Below, piece by piece: positions 18,065 to 28,113 of a stretch of DNA of 64,000 nucleotides (its first letter is position 1; every line of letters starts with the position of its first letter). A program made the position numbers and the translations under genes. Location: positions 3,851-67,850 of the forward strand of contig JBCCHE010000024.1 in NCBI GenBank assembly GCA_039028875.1. Reading direction: 5' to 3'. The notes beneath the pieces were generated by a model. That model searched no databases, was not told the DNA's origin, and saw only the letters and a list, made by a program, of their open reading frames with translations. The stretch is from Myxococcota bacterium (lineage in GTDB: Bacteria; Myxococcota_A; Polyangia; Polyangiales; Houyiibacteriaceae).

Positions 18065-19531
18065 CTACGCGCCGGCTTCGGCGGCCTCGGTCCCTCGCGC
18101 CAGGATATCTTCGACGAGGGCTGCGGGAAGCCTCCCGGTCCGCTGAAAGCCGCGCATGTGGAGGATCGGTTCGCCCCCGAGATCGGCTGCCGTTCGCCCA
18201 CGGATCTGCTGGACGTACTTCTTGGGCTCGAACGGAACGAGCTTCGAACCCGGATCGATGTCGACTCGCCCGAGCAGGTCCATCAACGCCCTCAGCGAGT
18301 TCATCTTCATGTAGGGGCACGTCGCGCAGCCGCCCGCGGTCGAACACCCTTCCCCGGCGGACACACCAGGAACCACCCCGAGATCACTCTCGGGAGCGGC
18401 CGCGATCGCTTCGTTGGCGACGGGGAAGATGATCTCGGCCGAGATGTCGCGGCCGCCTTCGGATGTGTAATCGCGGAGCTTGTCTTGGACTTGGCGAACG
18501 ATCGGCGTGATCATGCCGGCCTCAGTGCCGAGCACGAACCGAAGCTCGGCTTCTTCGCCGCGAGCGATGGCATCGTCGACCTTCCCAAGGACGAACGAGA
18601 GAATGTTGGAGGTCGAACCGACAACGCCTTCGCCCTCCCTCTGGGCCCTCAGGCCAAGGGCAAACATCTCGCCCGGCACTTCGAGATGCGCCGTGACGAA
18701 CGCGTCGGGATACTCTTCGCGAACCGTGTCGACAACCTCTTGACCAAACATGTGGTGGACGATGCATGTCCCTTGCTCGAAATAGTGAAACCTATCCCGG
18801 AGCGCACGGATGGTGTCTCGGTCGTGTGAAGGATGCACTTCGCGTATCTGGCGATCGGACATCTGCCCGAGGGTGTCGAACATGGCGGCCAAGTTCTCGC
18901 CCATGTAGGTATCGGGGCCGAACCAAATGTGACCGTCGGGGACTTGCGAGGCGGCTTGGAGCACCGTTTGAACGACATTCGATGATGTGCAGGTGATCGT
19001 GGGCACGAGCGCGTGTGCCTTGGCCTTGGTCACGAGGCTGGTGTTGATGTAGACGACGTGCAGGGAGCGCGGCGTTTCGGCAGCATCGGCGAGATACGCA
19101 CCGTAAGCTTGTGCCTCTGCCGACTCGGCGAGCGAGCATCCGATCGGGTCGGTCGAGACGCGATAGACCGGCACATGCGCGAAACCTGAGGCATCGAGCA
19201 TCGCGCGCACGTTCTCGCTCATGAAGTCGACGCCGAGGACCGCGATCGTTCGGGCGCCCCGCTCCGCCATGGCGATGGCGCGATCCGCCATGGCCAAGGA
19301 GTCCGACACGTGGATGTGGGGCCAATCGCTGGCTGCGAGCACCCCCTGGAGCTCTGGGTCCATATAGAAGTGAGCGACGACGCCTGCGTTCTTCGCCTGA
19401 AGCAACTCGGTGAGCTCGGAGACGAGCTCAGGCTGCGGCCGAAGATAGGCCGCTTGCGCCTCGGCGAACGAGCCCTGCGGGATGAGGGCGTCCGCGGTGA
19501 TTCGAAGGGAGGGGAACGCTTGAGAGTTCAT
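18065..19531 (-). CDS. nadA: Quinolinate synthase NadA (long, plant-QS-like type)
   Basis: AHFYMDPE, SDSL.MA, GVDFMSE, GCSLA, VYINTS, CTSSN, CIVH, AHLEVP, GSTS, CPYMKMN; three Fe-S cysteines. Confidence 0.93.
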   Translation of the reverse strand: MNSQAFPSLRITADALIPQGSFAEAQAAYLRPQPELVSELTELLQAKNAGVVAHFYMDPELQGVLAASDWPHIHVSDSLAMADRAIAMAERGARTIAVLGVDFMSENVRAMLDASGFAHVPVYRVSTDPIGCSLAESAEAQAYGAYLADAAETPRSLHVVYINTSLVTKAKAHALVPTITCTSSNVVQTVLQAASQVPDGHIWFGPDTYMGENLAAMFDTLGQMSDRQIREVHPSHDRDTIRALRDRFHYFEQGTCIVHHMFGQEVVDTVREEYPDAFVTAHLEVPGEMFALGLRAQREGEGVVGSTSNILSFVLGKVDDAIARGEEAELRFVLGTEAGMITPIVRQVQDKLRDYTSEGGRDISAEIIFPVANEAIAAAPESDLGVVPGVSAGEGCSTAGGCATCPYMKMNSLRALMDLLGRVDIDPGSKLVPFEPKKYVQQIRGRTAADLGGEPILHMRGFQRTGRLPAALVEDILARGTEAAEAGA

Positions 19532-19579
19532 CTGCGACGTGCTCAGAATAGAGAGTATACCTCCGGCCGAGCGGGCCTC

Positions 19580-20734
19580 ATGTCAAGCGAACCCACACCG
19601 ACGTCGGTCTACGTGCACTTCCCCTGGTGCGCGCGCAAATGCCCCTACTGCGATTTCGCGACCGAGCCGGTCAAGACGAACACGATCGCGCACGAGGCCT
19701 ACGCGGATGCGCTCCTGCGTGAATTGGATTGTCGCGCTGCCGATCTGCAGGAACGGATGCTCGTGTCGGTGTTCTTCGGCGGCGGGACTCCCTCGTTGTG
19801 GGATCCATCGGTGTTGGCGCGAACGCTCTCGGCGATCCGCGGCGCGTTCGACGTGGAATCGAACGAGCTCGAAATCACGGTCGAATGCAATCCGAGCTCG
19901 CTTTCGCGAACGCATGCGGCGGCACTCATGAACGGCGGTGTCAATCGACTTTCGGTTGGCGTCCAGTCTCTACGCGACGCGCACCTCGGATTTCTCGGGA
20001 GGTTGCACGACGCCGCCCAGGCGGTCCGGGCGATCGAGGATGCGGTCGCCGAGGTGCCGCGCGTAAGCGCAGACCTCATGTTCGGGATGCCGGGGCAGAC
20101 CCAAGGCGCATTCGCCGAAGACATCCAACGCCTGTTGGCGATCGGTGTCGGGCACGTGTCTGCCTACTCCCTCACGATCGAGCACCAAACGCTCTTCGGG
20201 TCACTGCACAAGGCAGGAAAGCTTCGGGTCGCGACCGAGGATCGCTACGCGGACCTATTCGAGCAAGCCGAGGCCGAGTTCTCGAACGCGGGGTGGAACC
20301 ACTACGAGGTGTCAAACTACGCGCCCCCCGGACAAGAGTCTCGCCACAACATGCACTACTGGCAGGGAGGGGCCTACGTCGGCCTCGGCTCTTCTGCGGT
20401 GGGGTGCCTCGATAAGGGCGTGGGAGCGGCGACGCGTTGGCGAAACGAGCCGATTCCCCAGCGCTACATGAGCGCCCCCGATCAGGGAGGCGACCTCGAA
20501 GCCCTCGGGCCGGACGAGCTGATCAGGGAAGCCCTCATGCTGGGCTTGCGCACCGCGACCGGGGTGAACATGGCCTCGACCGCTCACCGTGCCGGTCGAG
20601 ACGTACGCGTGGGGCGCGCGAACGAGCTGGAACGTGCACTGGACCAAGGCAACGTCACGCTCGAGGATGATTGGCTCAGGGTTCCCCAAGACCGCTGGCT
20701 GAAACTTGACGGCATCGTGCGAGACTTGTTCTAG
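19580..20734 (+). CDS. hemW: Radical SAM heme chaperone HemW
   Basis: YVHFPWCARKCPYCDF, FFGGGTPS, NRLSVGVQS, HYEVSNY, HNMHYW (HNxxYW). Confidence 0.93.
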   Translation: MSSEPTPTSVYVHFPWCARKCPYCDFATEPVKTNTIAHEAYADALLRELDCRAADLQERMLVSVFFGGGTPSLWDPSVLARTLSAIRGAFDVESNELEITVECNPSSLSRTHAAALMNGGVNRLSVGVQSLRDAHLGFLGRLHDAAQAVRAIEDAVAEVPRVSADLMFGMPGQTQGAFAEDIQRLLAIGVGHVSAYSLTIEHQTLFGSLHKAGKLRVATEDRYADLFEQAEAEFSNAGWNHYEVSNYAPPGQESRHNMHYWQGGAYVGLGSSAVGCLDKGVGAATRWRNEPIPQRYMSAPDQGGDLEALGPDELIREALMLGLRTATGVNMASTAHRAGRDVRVGRANELERALDQGNVTLEDDWLRVPQDRWLKLDGIVRDLF

Positions 20735-20745
20735 ACTGACTACTG

Positions 20746-21402
20746 GTGAGGTTGGATTTCGAAGAAGTCGCGGTATCCGGGCTGACGAAGTCCTATGGTG
20801 CGACGCTGGCACTCGCCGGCGTGAACCTCAAGTTCTCGAAGGGAACGGTAACGGCGGTCTTGGGAGCCAACGGCTCGGGGAAATCAACGCTCCTTTGGCT
20901 CCTGGCGCTGCTCGGACGACCCACGCGAGGAGAAGTTCGATTCGGCGAGCATGACGCAAGAAGCGCCGCTGAGCTCCGGGCTCGGATCGGTTTCGTCGCG
21001 CACCAACTTCAGCTCTACCCGGGTTTGAGTGGGCAGGAAAACCTCGCACTCGCAGCGAAGCTCCATGGACTCGCCGATGGCGCCGATCGGGCGCAACGAT
21101 TGGCCGAACAGCTTACGATGGCCGACTACTGGGAGCGCCCTCTTCGGACGTACTCGAGGGGACAAGCCCAGCGCGTCGCGATCGCGCGCGCCCTGTTGCA
21201 CGAGCCGAGGCTGCTGCTGATGGACGAGCCGTCCACTGGCCTCGACGAACGATCGACCGAGACGCTAATCGCACAGATCGCCCACCAACGCGCTTCGGGC
21301 GCCATCGTGGTGGTCGTGAGTCACGAGCTGAGCTTTGCCGAGCGCATCGCGGATCGCGTCGTTGTGATCGACCGTGGCCGTATCTCCGAGGCCGACGCAT
21401 GA
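20746..21402 (+). CDS. ccmA: Heme ABC exporter ATP-binding protein CcmA
   Basis: GANGSGKST, YSRGQAQR signature, LLMDEP; overlaps ccmB. Confidence 0.88.
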   Translation: MRLDFEEVAVSGLTKSYGATLALAGVNLKFSKGTVTAVLGANGSGKSTLLWLLALLGRPTRGEVRFGEHDARSAAELRARIGFVAHQLQLYPGLSGQENLALAAKLHGLADGADRAQRLAEQLTMADYWERPLRTYSRGQAQRVAIARALLHEPRLLLMDEPSTGLDERSTETLIAQIAHQRASGAIVVVVSHELSFAERIADRVVVIDRGRISEADA

Positions 21403-22079
21403 AGGTACTACGGGCGGCATGGTGGGTCGCACTCAAGGATCTGCGCCTCGAGCTTCGGAGCAAAGAGATCCTGACCGCGACCAGCCTTTTTGCGGTGCTC
21501 GTGGTCACGCTCGGATCCCTCGCCTTCTACACGGACCCGGTGAGTGCGCCAAACGTGGCGCCGGGGGTCCTGTGGATCTCGATTCTGTTCTGTGGAGTCT
21601 TGCTGATCGGCCGGAGTTGGGCGCTCGAGCGTGAGAACGACGCAGTCTTCGCCCTGCTCTTGTCACCAATCCCGCGAGCCTCGATCTACATTGGCAAATC
21701 ACTCAGCGCCCTCGCGCTCCTGTTCGTGGTCGAGTTGCTCCTGGTCCCGCTCTGCTTGGTGTTCTTCCAGCTTGAGCCGAGCGGCCAATGGTTGCCGCTG
21801 GCCGGACTCATCGTTCTTGGTTCCGTTGGCTTCGTCACCACGGCGACGTTGTTCTCTGCGGTTGGCATTCGCACCCGGGCTCGCGACCTCGTGCTGAGTG
21901 TCCTGGTCTTCCCTCTGGTGGCCCCCGCGCTCCTGGCGTCTGCCGTTGCCACGCGTGAGTTATTCTCCGGGGCACCACTCGGGGACGTGCTCAGCTGGAT
22001 GCGCATCCTCGCTGCCTTCGACCTCCTATTCGTCGGGTTCGGCGTATGGGTCTCGCGCTACCTGCTGTCCGAGGCGTAG
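21399..22079 (+). CDS. ccmB: Heme exporter permease CcmB
   Basis: KDLRLELRSKE, PGVLW, EREND, YIGK, six TMs. Confidence 0.92.
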   Translation: MKVLRAAWWVALKDLRLELRSKEILTATSLFAVLVVTLGSLAFYTDPVSAPNVAPGVLWISILFCGVLLIGRSWALERENDAVFALLLSPIPRASIYIGKSLSALALLFVVELLLVPLCLVFFQLEPSGQWLPLAGLIVLGSVGFVTTATLFSAVGIRTRARDLVLSVLVFPLVAPALLASAVATRELFSGAPLGDVLSWMRILAAFDLLFVGFGVWVSRYLLSEA

Positions 22080-22100
22080 GTCTTGCGCAAGAGTGCTGCG

Positions 22101-22709
22101 TCACCGGTACGCACGAATCAGATCGAGAGCGACAGGACTCGCCCAGTCGAATGCTCCGTCGAAACGCAATCGGACGACGCCGTTCTTGTCGATGATCCAG
22201 GTTTCGGGGAACAGCTTGGTCCCGAAGGCACCGCTTACGACTTCACGATCTGCATCAAGAAGACTCACGATGTCGGATCCCGGCGGGATGATCGCCTCGA
22301 CCTCGGCCCAGTCGCGGTCGGTGGAAACCGCCACGACCTCGACATCACCCCACCCCTTGGTGATCTCGGCGAGCAGTTCGATGGTCGGCATCTCCTGGAT
22401 GCACGGGCGGCAGGTTACGGTCCAGAAGTTCATCACGACGACCTTCCCGCGTTGGTCGGCAAGGCTCCAAGTACCCCCGGATTGATCGGGAAGGGTGAAC
22501 TTGGGCGCGCTCAGAGACGCGCCGAGGTAATGAGGAATTCCGCCTTCGCCCGACATCAACGCCTCGAAGCGGCCATTGCCGAGTACGGCCCGAAACGGGG
22601 CTTCGCTGGCGCGAACACGGGCGTCGACGATCGCCCCTGCGAAGATCACCAGGAGGGGAAATGCGATCGCGCCAATGATGGCTGCCGCCATGAGCTCACG
22701 CCGATTCAC
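22101..22709 (-). CDS. TlpA/ResA-like thiol-disulfide oxidoreductase
   Basis: N-terminal TM; VMNFWTVTCRPCIQEMP, FPETWIID. Confidence 0.88.
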   Translation of the reverse strand: MNRRELMAAAIIGAIAFPLLVIFAGAIVDARVRASEAPFRAVLGNGRFEALMSGEGGIPHYLGASLSAPKFTLPDQSGGTWSLADQRGKVVVMNFWTVTCRPCIQEMPTIELLAEITKGWGDVEVVAVSTDRDWAEVEAIIPPGSDIVSLLDADREVVSGAFGTKLFPETWIIDKNGVVRLRFDGAFDWASPVALDLIRAYR

Positions 22710-22718
22710 GGGCGTTGC

Positions 22719-23219
22719 CTAGCGCTTTTCGGTGCCGAGTGAAAGGGGATCGGCCATCGGTGCGGGACGCACCCGAACCCCGCCAACTTCGACGAAGACC
22801 CCCTCGGGATCCTCGTCGACCCAAGGCGACAGCTTGCTGACCGCGTGATTGTCGAAGCGAGCTGGGCAGCGACCCTCTCGGACGGCACACCAAAGCGCGC
22901 CCTCCGGACCTTGGACGAGGGACGCTGGATCGAGGGGCTCATCGTGGCCCCCTGAGAGATGGAGAACGACCCCCTCGGCGGACACCGCAACGTCCTTGAC
23001 GAAGTACGCAGGGCCTTCGATCTCGACGTAGGCCCAGTTGATCGCGTTGCTGAGGCAAAATCGTCCGTCGTCGGCACGGTCGACCCAGCCATCAAACGAG
23101 TGAACGAGGTTTGGGTGGTCGATGCGATCGTCGCCGTTGAACCAGCGACCGCGCGCGTCCCGACGGATCTTCGTCTCCCGGGTACGTCCGCGGAGAAAGC
23201 TCGAGGGGTCGGCGCCCAT
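22719..23219 (-). CDS. DUF1285-like protein
   Basis: IRRDARGRWF..D.I.H, WAYVEIEGPAYFV, LDPASL, CPARF pattern; start at ATG 23219 inferred. Confidence 0.65.
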   Translation of the reverse strand: MGADPSSFLRGRTRETKIRRDARGRWFNGDDRIDHPNLVHSFDGWVDRADDGRFCLSNAINWAYVEIEGPAYFVKDVAVSAEGVVLHLSGGHDEPLDPASLVQGPEGALWCAVREGRCPARFDNHAVSKLSPWVDEDPEGVFVEVGGVRVRPAPMADPLSLGTEKR

Positions 23220-23275
23220 ACGTAGAGCGGTATCAGAAAACGGGACGCGGGTCGATCCTGCTATGCTCCCGCACC

Positions 23276-24667
23276 ATGGCGAAGAAAGACCGGAAGCTGG
23301 TGGTGGTCTCGAACCGAGGGCCGTATCGCCATGAGGCCACGCGTGGCAAAGATCGATGGGTGCGCGCCGCCGGCGGCCTGGTCGCGGCGCTCGATCCGGT
23401 GTTGCAGAAGCGCGGCGGGGTCTGGGTGAGCGCAAAGCAGGCCAAAGACTTCGACTCGATCACCGTGCCGGTGCCGAACCTCGCGTACGACCTCGCGTAC
23501 ATCGCGCTCAAACGCAGCGACGAGCGCGGCTTCTACGAGGGCGTGTCGAACGGTGTGATCTGGCCCCTCCTTCACAGTTTCCCTCCGACGATCCGGGTGG
23601 GGGACGCACCTTGGTCGAACTACGTGAACGCCAACCGCGAGTTCGCCGAGGTAACGCTTTCGACGAGCGGCGCGTCGGACCTGGTTTGGGTGCAGGACTA
23701 TCACCTGATGTTGGTGCCGGGGTTCATTCGCAGCCGGCGGCCCAAAGCCCGCGTGGGCTGGTTTTGCCATATCCCGTGGCCTTCACCCGACACCTTCGGG
23801 ATCCTGCCCTGGCGCGAGCAGATCCTCGAAGGCCTCCTCGGGGCGGACCTCCTTGGTTTCCACCTCCCCGAGTACGAAGCCCACTTCCGGGAATGCGTGA
23901 AACGCTTCACCCCGCATCGCGTGTCGCAGAACTCGATCCGTCATCGGAACCGGACCGTGAAGACCGTCGCAGCGCCGATCGGCGTGCCGGTCCAGGAACT
24001 CGAAGCGCTCGCGATCGATCCGGATGTCGAGCGCGAGGTGGGGCGAATCCGGAACGCGATGGGCAACCGGCGACTGATCCTCGGGGTCGACCGGCTCGAC
24101 TACACCAAAGGGATTCCAGAGCGTTTGTGGGCTTTCGACACGCTCCTGAAGCACGACCGGTACGCTCGCAGCCGATACCTCTTGATGCAGGTGATGGTGC
24201 CCAGCCGAACGGACGTGAAGGCCTATGCCGATCTCAAAGAGGAGATCGACCGCATGGTCGGGGACATCAACGGCCGCTACTCCGACACAGGCCAGATCCC
24301 GATTCACTACCAGTACCGGAACCTGAGCCAGCGCGCATTGTTCGCGCTCTACCGAGCCGCCGATGTCGCCTGGGTGACGCCCCTCCGCGACGGCATGAAC
24401 CTCGTGGCACACGAGTACGTGACCTCGCGAACCGATGAAGACGGGGTTCTCGTCCTGAGTGAGTTCGCTGGTGCCGCCAAGTACCTTCGGGCGGCAGTTC
24501 AGGTCAACCCGTACGACGTCGACGCCATGGCCGAAGCAGTACGGCAGGCCCTGAGCATGAAACGAACGGAGATGCGCAAGCGTATGCGATCGCTGCGACA
24601 TGAAGTCTCGCGCCTCAATGTGCATGGATGGGCCGATGACTACATCTCGGCGCTGGAGAGCGTGTGA
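23276..24667 (+). CDS. otsA: Trehalose-6-phosphate synthase
   Basis: [51 protein letters not shown]. Confidence 0.96.
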   Translation: MAKKDRKLVVVSNRGPYRHEATRGKDRWVRAAGGLVAALDPVLQKRGGVWVSAKQAKDFDSITVPVPNLAYDLAYIALKRSDERGFYEGVSNGVIWPLLHSFPPTIRVGDAPWSNYVNANREFAEVTLSTSGASDLVWVQDYHLMLVPGFIRSRRPKARVGWFCHIPWPSPDTFGILPWREQILEGLLGADLLGFHLPEYEAHFRECVKRFTPHRVSQNSIRHRNRTVKTVAAPIGVPVQELEALAIDPDVEREVGRIRNAMGNRRLILGVDRLDYTKGIPERLWAFDTLLKHDRYARSRYLLMQVMVPSRTDVKAYADLKEEIDRMVGDINGRYSDTGQIPIHYQYRNLSQRALFALYRAADVAWVTPLRDGMNLVAHEYVTSRTDEDGVLVLSEFAGAAKYLRAAVQVNPYDVDAMAEAVRQALSMKRTEMRKRMRSLRHEVSRLNVHGWADDYISALESV

Positions 24668-25422
24668 CCCTGCTTGACCGGGTGCTCGGCCTCAAGCGTC
24701 CACTGCTGATCGGGCTCGACGTCGACGGCACCCTGGCCCCAATCGTCGAGAACCCGGACGCGGCGACGATTCCCGAAGGCACCCTGGCCTCTCTAGAACG
24801 GCTTGGACGCGCCGAGGGAGTCGTGCTGGCGTTGATCACCGGCCGCGATCTGCAGTCGTTGTCACGAATGGAACAGATCGATGGAATATGGCGTGGGGTC
24901 GAGCACGGCGGGGTCGTCATCGCACCTGGGGAGCAACCGACGCCCCGCGCGATGAGCGAGTCGCACCGAGGGGCGCTCGAGCGCTTCGATGCATGGACGC
25001 GTGAGCACGCCGAGGGTGCGTTCATTGAACACAAGCCCGGCGCGATCGCCGTGCACGTCCGGGTGCTCGCCCAAGCGGAGCCCACGCGCGCGAAGGCGCT
25101 CCTCGAGGAAGCGGAGGCGTTCGCCCTCTCGGTCGGACTCCACCCGCGGCAAGGTCGTGCCTTGGTGGAGGTTGAAGCCGTGTCCGGAGACAAGGGAGAA
25201 GCCCTCCGAGAGATCTTCAGCCTGAGCGGGGCGAGAAGCGTCTTGTTCGTCGGTGACGACGTGACGGACCTGCCGGCGATCGAGTTCGCGAACCGGAAGG
25301 GGCTCGGCGCTTTCGTCGTCTCAAGCGAGCGCGGGGCGCCACCCGGGACCTCGACGACGACCCTCGATGGGGTGGGAACAGTCGCGACCTTGCTCGCCGA
25401 ACTCGCCCGCCGACTCGGTTGA
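24664..25422 (+). CDS. otsB: Trehalose-6-phosphate phosphatase (HAD family)
   Basis: LDVDGTLAPI, ITGR, EHG, DKG, GDDVTD; overlaps otsA. Confidence 0.93.
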   Translation: MTLLDRVLGLKRPLLIGLDVDGTLAPIVENPDAATIPEGTLASLERLGRAEGVVLALITGRDLQSLSRMEQIDGIWRGVEHGGVVIAPGEQPTPRAMSESHRGALERFDAWTREHAEGAFIEHKPGAIAVHVRVLAQAEPTRAKALLEEAEAFALSVGLHPRQGRALVEVEAVSGDKGEALREIFSLSGARSVLFVGDDVTDLPAIEFANRKGLGAFVVSSERGAPPGTSTTTLDGVGTVATLLAELARRLG

Positions 25423-25458
25423 ACGTGGCCGGATCCAAAACCCGTGGTAGAGCGGTAC

Positions 25459-26283
25459 ATGCTCGACCGAGAGCTGCTCGAAGCCGAGAAGATCGCCCGG
25501 GTCGCGGGCCGAATCTTGCTCGAGCTCTACGAGACCGATTACACCGTCGCGTTCAAGTCGAAGTCGGACCCGGTGACCGAGGCAGACACACGCGCCAATA
25601 CTTACATCGTCGATGCCCTGAGAACCGCGTTCCCCGACGATGGGATTGTGGCCGAAGAGAGCGAGGATCGGAGCGACGCACTGCGAGGCGGGCGCTGCTG
25701 GTACGTCGACCCGCTCGACGGAACCAAAGAGTTCATCGCCAAAAACGGCGAGTTCGCGGTGATGTTGGGACTCGCAATCGAGGGCGTGTCGACCCTCGGC
25801 GTCGTGTATCGCCCGGTCGATGACAAGCTCTACGCGGGGGTCGTCGGCGCCGGCGCCGAAATCGAGGTCGGTGGCTTGCGGACTGCGCTCCGCGTGAGTG
25901 ACACCGCCGATACGGAGAGGCTTCGACTCGTGGTCTCGCGCTCGCATCGGGGCCAACCCATCGACGACGTCATGGATCGACTGAAGATCTCCAAAGAAAC
26001 CGCGAGCGGATCGGTAGGCCTCAAGGTGGGCCTGATCACCGAGCAGCGAGCCGACCTCTACATTCACATGTCGAACAAATCGAGCGCGTGGGACGCCTGC
26101 GGGCCCGAGGCGATCCTCAAGGCCGCAGGCGGGAGGTTCACCGACCTCGCCGGGCGTGCTTACCACTATGGGGGGACCGACATGCGGAACGACCGCGGAA
26201 TCCTCGCCTGCAACGCCAACGCGTTCGAGGCAGTGCTGCCCGTCGTCCAAGATGTCGCCCGCCGCGTAGGCTTTCTCAGCTAG
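25459..26283 (+). CDS. cysQ: 3'(2'),5'-bisphosphate nucleotidase CysQ (inositol monophosphatase family)
   Basis: PVTEAD, EES, VDPLDGTKEF, VSRSH, WDACGP. Confidence 0.88.
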   Translation: MLDRELLEAEKIARVAGRILLELYETDYTVAFKSKSDPVTEADTRANTYIVDALRTAFPDDGIVAEESEDRSDALRGGRCWYVDPLDGTKEFIAKNGEFAVMLGLAIEGVSTLGVVYRPVDDKLYAGVVGAGAEIEVGGLRTALRVSDTADTERLRLVVSRSHRGQPIDDVMDRLKISKETASGSVGLKVGLITEQRADLYIHMSNKSSAWDACGPEAILKAAGGRFTDLAGRAYHYGGTDMRNDRGILACNANAFEAVLPVVQDVARRVGFLS

Positions 26284-26316
26284 ACCGCGCGCGTCGCAGG
26301 AGCTGCCGGCGCGGTG

Positions 26317-26937
26317 TCAGGGCGCGCTCGGTGCGGCGGCGGGCTCGGCAGGGTCTTCGGGCGCCGGGATACTGGTCGGCCGCGACGACACCTCGGAGAA
26401 CCCAAGTCGGTACGGGGCGCTCGCGCCTTCCTGGGCCACGGACACCCACAACTGCGACGTCCCGAGCGGCAAGTCCGTCCGGAGCACGACGCCGCGACTG
26501 GCGCTTCGACTGTTCTTGCAGACCACCCGTCCGTTCGGCTTTCGAAGAACCAGCGAAAGCGCCACCTCCGCACGACCGAGGACGTTGAGCTGAAGAAAGG
26601 CGGTATCGGCCGAGAGAAGGTAGTCGGGCTCCTCGGAGGTCCAGCCGCGGCAGCGACGGTGGATCGTGTTCGCCGAGATCTCGCCTTCGGCGGTCCCTTC
26701 GACGATTCGGGGATCGGGATTGAAGCCCGCGTGAAGATGCACGGTGCCGAACCTCGAGTCGGAGCGAAGGTACGGGTCGGCTGGCGTATCCGCGGCCACG
26801 GCGGGTAGCGGCGCCAAACTCGGAATGGGCGAGGGTTCCGTCGGTTCGGTGCACCCCGAAACCGGGGTCGCGAGCGCAGGCGCCAATATGAACGCGGCAT
26901 GCCAAAGCCGCGCAAGCCTACCCATGTCTACGACCAC
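26317..26937 (-). CDS. Hypothetical lipoprotein (LxAGFxPDP beta-sandwich domain)
   Basis: Signal ending PVSGC, Pro-rich linker, GTVHLHAGFNPDP...CRGW..EEPD; start uncertain. Confidence 0.6.
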   Translation of the reverse strand: MVVDMGRLARLWHAAFILAPALATPVSGCTEPTEPSPIPSLAPLPAVAADTPADPYLRSDSRFGTVHLHAGFNPDPRIVEGTAEGEISANTIHRRCRGWTSEEPDYLLSADTAFLQLNVLGRAEVALSLVLRKPNGRVVCKNSRSASRGVVLRTDLPLGTSQLWVSVAQEGASAPYRLGFSEVSSRPTSIPAPEDPAEPAAAPSAP

Positions 26938-26982
26938 CCTTGCCTCCTACCGAGGAGAGGCCATCGGCGTCAACGGTGCACC

Positions 26983-27018
26983 AAGAAAAAGGGCCGCTCA
27001 CCGGGAGATGAGCGGCCC
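26983..27018 (-). terminator. Rho-independent terminator of the DUF4397-like gene
   Basis: GGGCCGCTCA-N8-TGAGCGGCCC perfect 10-bp stem followed on the minus strand by TTTTTCTT. Confidence 0.85.
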
Positions 27019-27058
27019 GTGCGCCGAAGCGCGTGGTGTCTAGGAAGAGGATTAGGAT

Positions 27059-27925
27059 TTACATGGCTGGGGGGGGAATAAGCGGGGCAGGATCATCGGC
27101 GTCGATGATGCCAAAGAGTTGGAAGGCGAGGGTGTCGCTCGGATCCTCGTCGACCGCGATGAGGACGCTCGAGACGTTGGGCGTGACTGGGACGTCGACG
27201 ATGAGGTTGCCGAAGAACGGCGGGCAGGTGTCTTCGGTGTAGAACACCACGTCGAGGTTGCCCTCTGCGAGGTCGAGTCCGCCCATCTGCGGCGCGATGT
27301 CGCCAAAGGCGAGGTCAGCCTCCACGTCCGTGCAGGTGGTGACCGGGTCGTCGACTGTGGCGACGGTGACGGGATCGAGGTCGGGGTCATTGGCGCCATG
27401 GCCGATGAACACACGGCCCGAGCCGGCCTCAAGCCCTTCGATGGACGTGTTGAAGACCAGGACGTTGACTGGAACGGCCGGGGGCGGGTCGTTGGTTCGA
27501 TAGGCGACCACGGTCAGATCCGATCCGTCCATGATCTCGACCCCGTCGAGTTGCAGGACGGGCTCTTCACCACCGGGAGCCCCGATGCCAATGTCATAGG
27601 TGCCGGCAGGCAGCTCGATGCGACCCGAGGACTCCGTGTAGGAGATCTGAAGCTCGGTCTCCTCGCCATCGAGGAAGATCGCCACCGCGGTGTTGTCCGC
27701 GGCCGGCACGTCGGGCGCCAAGTGGACCGCAGTCACGGTGCCGCCGCCGAGTTCTCCGCCGCCGGCTCCGCCGTCGCCACCCGTGCCGCCGGTGCCACCA
27801 CCGGTGCCGCCGGTCGCGGTTCCACCCGTGCCGCCGGTGCCAGAATCGCTATCATCCCCACAGCCGACCATGCCGAAACTCAGCATGGCGACGACCGCGA
27901 TACCCAATGTCGTTTTGTTGATCAT
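27059..27925 (-). CDS. DUF4397-like lipoprotein with a GTGG-repeat linker
   Basis: GGAGG RBS; lipobox MVGC; GTGG repeats; VTAVHLAPDVP...LPAGTYDI and second repeat RVFIGHGA. Confidence 0.8.
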   Translation of the reverse strand: MINKTTLGIAVVAMLSFGMVGCGDDSDSGTGGTGGTATGGTGGGTGGTGGDGGAGGGELGGGTVTAVHLAPDVPAADNTAVAIFLDGEETELQISYTESSGRIELPAGTYDIGIGAPGGEEPVLQLDGVEIMDGSDLTVVAYRTNDPPPAVPVNVLVFNTSIEGLEAGSGRVFIGHGANDPDLDPVTVATVDDPVTTCTDVEADLAFGDIAPQMGGLDLAEGNLDVVFYTEDTCPPFFGNLIVDVPVTPNVSSVLIAVDEDPSDTLAFQLFGIIDADDPAPLIPPPAM

Positions 27926-27940
27926 GTTTCTCCTCCGACC

Positions 27941-27973
27941 TGTTTAAGTCATGTCTAGGTCTTGTACAGCTTC
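27941..27973 (-). promoter_or_regulatory. CarH-type operator: three 11-bp direct repeats (n5-TnnACA)
   Basis: Minus strand: gaagcTGTACA agaccTAGACA tgactTAAACA, just upstream of the DUF4397 RBS and downstream of a TTGACG -35-like hexamer (27993-27998). Confidence 0.8.
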
Positions 27974-28046
27974 CTACTACGGCAGCGAGAGTCGTCAAGG
28001 ACTAGAGCTCGCTTTTCTCAGTGAATGCTTGATTGGTGAGAATCTG

Positions 28047-28068
28047 AGGTATAGACATGGGTTCGACA
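28047..28068 (+). promoter_or_regulatory. Two 11-bp-spaced TnnACA repeats upstream of carH (autoregulation site?)
   Basis: TAGACA at 28052-28057 and TCGACA at 28063-28068. Confidence 0.55.
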
Positions 28069-28113
28069 GGATCGTGTCAAAAAACACATTTCCCCCTTAA
28101 GGGCGATGCCTTG

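Noticed and set aside
27740-27845. GCCGCCGGT-like short tandem repeats
   Set aside because: They encode the GTGG linker of the lipoprotein; not a CRISPR array or mobile repeat
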